60,886 bases of DNA. It comes from Alphaproteobacteria bacterium. Its GTDB lineage: Bacteria > Pseudomonadota > Alphaproteobacteria > CAAGCB01 > CAG-977. Below are positions 56,805 through 60,886 of this stretch, piece after piece; positions within the stretch are counted from its first letter, which is position 1, and every line of letters begins with the position of its first letter. A program made the translations under genes and the position numbers. The stretch spans positions 1-60,886 of the forward strand of contig JAFYCE010000049.1 in assembly GCA_017539865.1 (NCBI GenBank), given 5' to 3'. Under the pieces are notes generated by a model. That model was not told the origin of the DNA, did not search any database, and saw only the letters and a program-made list of their open reading frames with translations.

Positions 56805-58202
56805 ATGGAAAAGAAACAGCCGAAACTGGGAACGGATCCCATTTCTAAATTGCTCTGGATATTTGCTCCGCCGGCGATTATCGGATTGTTGATCAACGCG
56901 TCCTATAACCTGATCGACCGGATATTCGTCGGAAACGGAATCGGAGCATTAGGATTGGCGGCGATCACCGTCAGCTTTCCCAGCATGATTTCACAACTGG
57001 CGCTGGGATTGATGGTCGGAATCGGCGGCAGCGTGAACTTTTCCGTCAGCTTGGGACAAAAAAAGATTCCCCGCGCCGAAAAAATCCTGACAAACGCCGT
57101 TATGTTAATTGTGATATTCGCCCTTCTCTTTATCACGGTTCATTTGTTGTTTTTGGAACCGCTGTTAAAACTGTACGGCGCAACGGCGACAATCATGCCG
57201 TACGCCAAAACATATCTGAGCATCATTTCGCTCGGTTCGATTTTCATGATGACGAACATGACGTTGAATAATTTCATCCGCGCCAGCAGTTTTCCGCACT
57301 TTGCGATGTATACAATGCTGATCGGAGCGATAACGAACACAATTTTGGATGTATTGTTTATTTTTGTTTTCCACTGGGGAATCGCCGGCGCGGCATGGGC
57401 GACCGTTATTGCGCAATCGATTTCGTTTTTTTGGGCGGCTTCGTTTTTCATCTCATCCAAAGCGGTTTACCGGTTCAGAAAAAAACATATGAGACTGTCC
57501 TTAAAAATCGTTTTAATGATTTGCTTTGTGGGAACGGCACCGTTTTTAATCCAGATCACCCATGGTTTTATGCAGGCGATCGTCAACACATCGTTGATTC
57601 AATACGGCGGAGATGTAGCCGTTTCCGCGATGGGGGCGACTTTGGCGGTCACGATTTTGCTTTTTATGCCGGTCACGGGGCTTTGCGAAGGAATGCAGCC
57701 TGTCATCGGTTTTAATTTGGGCGCGCAAAAATACGACCGGATGTTAAAGATATTCCGGCTGAATCTGGTTCTTTCAACTTTGTTTTTCATTTTCGGATGG
57801 CTTGTTCTGCAAATATATCCCGAAGAAATCATCCGTACATTCAACGATCGGGATGCGGAACTGATAAAAATCGGAACGGAATCTTTGAAAATAATCAGCC
57901 TTCTGTATCCGTTCATCGGATTGCCGATAGCAACGACCTTTTTCCTGCAGGCCGTCAAGCACCCCCGAGCGGCGACCTTTTTATCGGTAGGGCGGCAACT
58001 GATGTTTATCATTCCGGCTCTTTTCATTTTACCGCGCTATTTGGGATTGAACGGTGTTTTTTATGCTTTTCCGGCAGCGGATGTCTTCGGATTTTTAATC
58101 GCGGTTCCCTTTACCGTTCATCAATTCCGGAAATACCGGAAAATGGAAAAGGAATTGAAACTTAAAGAAGCGGCTTTTCTTTCTTTGATAAAACCGTTGT
58201 AA
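56805..58202 (+). CDS. MATE-family efflux transporter
   Basis: The 465-aa product has 12 hydrophobic segments and a typical MATE N-terminus (LLWIFAPPAIIGLLINASYNLIDRIFVG). Confidence 0.85.
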   Translation: MEKKQPKLGTDPISKLLWIFAPPAIIGLLINASYNLIDRIFVGNGIGALGLAAITVSFPSMISQLALGLMVGIGGSVNFSVSLGQKKIPRAEKILTNAVMLIVIFALLFITVHLLFLEPLLKLYGATATIMPYAKTYLSIISLGSIFMMTNMTLNNFIRASSFPHFAMYTMLIGAITNTILDVLFIFVFHWGIAGAAWATVIAQSISFFWAASFFISSKAVYRFRKKHMRLSLKIVLMICFVGTAPFLIQITHGFMQAIVNTSLIQYGGDVAVSAMGATLAVTILLFMPVTGLCEGMQPVIGFNLGAQKYDRMLKIFRLNLVLSTLFFIFGWLVLQIYPEEIIRTFNDRDAELIKIGTESLKIISLLYPFIGLPIATTFFLQAVKHPRAATFLSVGRQLMFIIPALFILPRYLGLNGVFYAFPAADVFGFLIAVPFTVHQFRKYRKMEKELKLKEAAFLSLIKPL

Positions 58203-58352
58203 AATTTTTGCGTAAGTTTTTATTTTTTTCTCCGTTAAAGAGGAAAACGACCATTGGACATATCGGATCACAAAGATTACTCTTGAACGGATAAAAAAAG
58301 TCATGCAAAACTATTTTAAAACGAACTGTTTTTCCGACGGAGCTTTTGCAGA

Positions 58353-59723
58353 ATGACGAAACGTTTCTTTGCTTTATTCTTTTTGCTCAGTCTGCCCGCC
58401 TTGCCGGCACATGCGGATCCGTTTGACATTGAAAGAAAAATAAAGCCTACGCCGCGGGCGGCAATTTGCGCAACGGACATCAAAAAAGAAAAATTGCATT
58501 TGGCGGACGTTATCAATCTGGCGCTGTGCCAAAATCCGCAAACCCGAAAACTTTATATGGGAGCGTTGGCAACGGCGGCGGAATACGGTCAAACCAAAGC
58601 GGATTATCTGCCGGAACTGGATTTCAGCGCGGGCATCAATCAATCGGACACAACGGTTCACCACGGACAGGACAGCAACTCGACAGCCGTATCGGCAGGT
58701 ATAAATCTGAACTGGCTTTTATATGATTTCGGCGGACGGGAAGCGTCGAACGAAAGCATCCGTCAATCTTTGAACGCCGCTTTGGCATCACGCTCGGACG
58801 CGCTGCAAAGCTTGATTTTCGATACGGCGAAAGCTTATTTTTACATTCTCGCCGCTCAAGAGGAATATGACAATTCAAATGCGACTCTGGCGGCAGCTCT
58901 TTCCGCTTTCGAAGCCGCGTCCAAACGCTATGAATTGGGGTTGGCCGCCTTATCCGACAAGCTGCAGGCGGAAACATCCTATTCCGAAGCGCAGCTGAGT
59001 GTCACCAAAGCGGAGGAAACGCTTGCTTTGGCAAAAGGAAATCTGGCCGTTTTACTGAATTACACGCCTGATCAACCGTTGGAATTGGTTGAAGAACGAT
59101 TCCCCGACGACTATTTGATGATCTCGGACGATCTGGAAAGCCTGTTCAAAACGGCTTTGAACAACCGCGCCGACATTGCGGCTCAAAAAGCCGTTATCAA
59201 ACAGGCGGAAGCCGCTTTAAACATACAAAAAGCGCGTAACGCTCCAAGTTTGAACCTTTCCGCCGGCTTGAACGGACGGGACGAATTAACGAACGGAGGA
59301 CCGCGGTCTCATACAAGCTCCGTCGGGCTGACAATGACCGTTCCCTTGTTCACGGGATTTAAAAACACATACCGGACTTCTCAGGCCAATTATCAGCTGG
59401 AGCGAAGCAAAGCCGAATTGAAACAACTGGAAAACGATATCCGGAATGAAGTCTGGACAACGTATCAAAATTTCCACACGGCAAAGAAAACGTATGAAAT
59501 TTCTTTAACGATGTTTGCGTCGGCCAATCAAAACGCTCAAGTGGCTTTAGGCGCATACAAAGCAGGAAAAGGCAGCATTTTAAACGTGTTGGACGCCCAG
59601 TCCAAACTGGCGGGCGTGCGCTCGACCAAAAGCCGCTCTTTCTACGAATTATTGATAGCGAAAACGAATCTGATCCGCAAAATCGGATTGATCACCCCTT
59701 TTCAAACGAACAAAGGATTTTGA
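58353..59723 (+). CDS. TolC-family outer-membrane efflux protein
   Basis: A signal peptide is followed by two repeats of the TolC coiled-coil/beta pattern. Length 456 aa. Confidence 0.85.
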   Translation: MTKRFFALFFLLSLPALPAHADPFDIERKIKPTPRAAICATDIKKEKLHLADVINLALCQNPQTRKLYMGALATAAEYGQTKADYLPELDFSAGINQSDTTVHHGQDSNSTAVSAGINLNWLLYDFGGREASNESIRQSLNAALASRSDALQSLIFDTAKAYFYILAAQEEYDNSNATLAAALSAFEAASKRYELGLAALSDKLQAETSYSEAQLSVTKAEETLALAKGNLAVLLNYTPDQPLELVEERFPDDYLMISDDLESLFKTALNNRADIAAQKAVIKQAEAALNIQKARNAPSLNLSAGLNGRDELTNGGPRSHTSSVGLTMTVPLFTGFKNTYRTSQANYQLERSKAELKQLENDIRNEVWTTYQNFHTAKKTYEISLTMFASANQNAQVALGAYKAGKGSILNVLDAQSKLAGVRSTKSRSFYELLIAKTNLIRKIGLITPFQTNKGF

Positions 59724-59726
59724 CCC

Positions 59727-60884
59727 ATGAAAAAAACGCTTGTTATTCTGATCATTTTAGGACTGGTCTGCGGCGGTTTTCTGTTTTACATACATTGCGG
59801 AAAAAAATCCGAAATCGTTTATGATACGACAAAACCGGCGATCGGTTCTTTGCGGGTCGACGTAACGGCTTCCGGCACGATTCAACCGGTCAACGTCGTC
59901 AGTGTCGGCACACAGGTTTCCGGCATCATTGAAAAGGTCTACGCGGATTACAACTCCGTTGTAAAAAAAGGCGACCTGATCGCCCAGTTGGAAACGTTCA
60001 CTCTGGAAGAAGACCTCAAAGAAGCCAAGGCGGCCGTTACCGACGCAAAGGCGAAACTGGACTACGCCAAATTGAACGCAAAACGCAATAAAGAGCTATT
60101 CGAACAAAACTTTATCGCCCGCTACGAATGGGAAGAAGCCGAACTCGGCGTCGTCAACGCGCAGGCGGCATACGATAAGGCGGTGGCGCAACAGAAAAAA
60201 GCCAAGCGCAATTTGGGATACGCGAATATCATTTCGCCGGTCAACGGCATTATCGTAACCAAAAAGGTGGAGGAAGGGCAAACGGTGGCTTCCAGCTTCC
60301 AAACGCCGGAATTGTTTACGATTGCGGAAGACCTGACGAAAATGCAAATCGAAGCGTCGATTTCCGAAGCGGATATCGGCCAAATCAAAGCGGGATTGCC
60401 GGTCACGTTCACCGTCGACACGTTCCCGGCCGACACCTTCAAAGGTACCGTTGAACAAGTGCGTTTACAGCCTAACGAAGATTCAAACGTCGTGATGTAT
60501 ACGGTCGTCATCACAATCTCAAACGACGATTTGCGTTTGCTGCCCGGCATGACGGCGTATGTCACAATCACGGTCGAAGAAAAGCACGATGTTTTAAAAT
60601 TGCAAAACATGGCTTTTCAGTTCCGTCCCGTCGTCGCCGGACAGGTTTCGGGCAATAAATCGAATGTGGAACGTCAAAAAATCATTCAGGAACGGAAATC
60701 TTTGAAACCCGATGAAGCCATCGTTTATGTTTTGCAAAACAACAAACCTGTTTCCCGCAAAGTCAAAAAAGGAATATCCAATTTGTTGGAAACGGAAATC
60801 AAAGAAGGCTTGTCGGCAAACGACAAAGTCGTTTTAGAAGACCTGACCACAAAAGTCACCGTTAAACGCGGAGGTCCTCCATGA
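59727..60884 (+). CDS. Efflux periplasmic adaptor (HlyD/MacA-like membrane fusion protein)
   Basis: An N-terminal anchor is followed by lipoyl-like, coiled-coil and beta-barrel regions (ISPVNGIIVTKKVEEGQTV). Its TGA overlaps an ATG at 60881 that starts the next, cut-off gene, presumably the MacB-type pump. Confidence 0.85.
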   Translation: MKKTLVILIILGLVCGGFLFYIHCGKKSEIVYDTTKPAIGSLRVDVTASGTIQPVNVVSVGTQVSGIIEKVYADYNSVVKKGDLIAQLETFTLEEDLKEAKAAVTDAKAKLDYAKLNAKRNKELFEQNFIARYEWEEAELGVVNAQAAYDKAVAQQKKAKRNLGYANIISPVNGIIVTKKVEEGQTVASSFQTPELFTIAEDLTKMQIEASISEADIGQIKAGLPVTFTVDTFPADTFKGTVEQVRLQPNEDSNVVMYTVVITISNDDLRLLPGMTAYVTITVEEKHDVLKLQNMAFQFRPVVAGQVSGNKSNVERQKIIQERKSLKPDEAIVYVLQNNKPVSRKVKKGISNLLETEIKEGLSANDKVVLEDLTTKVTVKRGGPP

Positions 60885-60886
60885 CC

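Noticed and set aside
1-60886. I searched for CRISPR arrays, IS elements/transposases, integrases, rRNA genes and long (>25 nt) repeats.
   Set aside because: None was found by eye. The only regular repeats are terminator hairpins, the (TEQ)3 9-mer repeat, the islet-flanking 13-14-mers and the 20-nt tRNA-Pro duplicate.

Overview
This is a 60.9-kb chromosomal segment. Its gene content looks alphaproteobacterial: an ELM1/DUF1022 gene, a short self-cleaving Psd next to PssA, yejABEF, a HisN-type IMPase, and alpha-type gap-pgk. That lineage call is an inference from protein signatures, because no database search was possible. About 55 protein-coding genes are tightly packed and many overlap at their start and stop codons. 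Most are housekeeping: recJ, hom, add, galU, gap, pgk, nth, lepA, psd/pssA, ogt/tag, transporters and efflux components. Five tRNA genes were folded by hand: Arg-CCT, Ser-GGA, Gln-CTG, Pro-CGG and Leu-TAA. Several clean rho-independent terminators are present. The stand-out feature is an AT-rich islet of about 5.3 kb (about 39.4-44.7 kb) wedged between tRNA-Gln and tRNA-Pro. It carries a translationally coupled two-gene operon. The upstream gene encodes an 800-aa KAP-like P-loop NTPase, and the downstream gene encodes a 765-aa protein with every adenosine-deaminase catalytic signature. This is the architecture of the RADAR (RdrA/RdrB) anti-phage system, or of a divergent relative. A truncated phage-type Bro-N-like gene fragment, short flanking repeats and a duplicated tRNA-Pro 3' end all mark the interval as an integration hotspot. 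Secondary items:
- A Bax-inhibitor-1/YccA gene is broken by a single in-frame TGA.
- A 785-aa ORFan carries an HExxH motif.
- Two adjacent acidic ORFans share a short module.
- An ATP-grasp gene is coupled to an esterase gene.
- An orphan FliN-like gene sits at the end of the yej operon.
- An AT-rich DUF429-like gene lies beside tRNA-Leu.
No CRISPR array, integrase, transposase or rRNA was seen.
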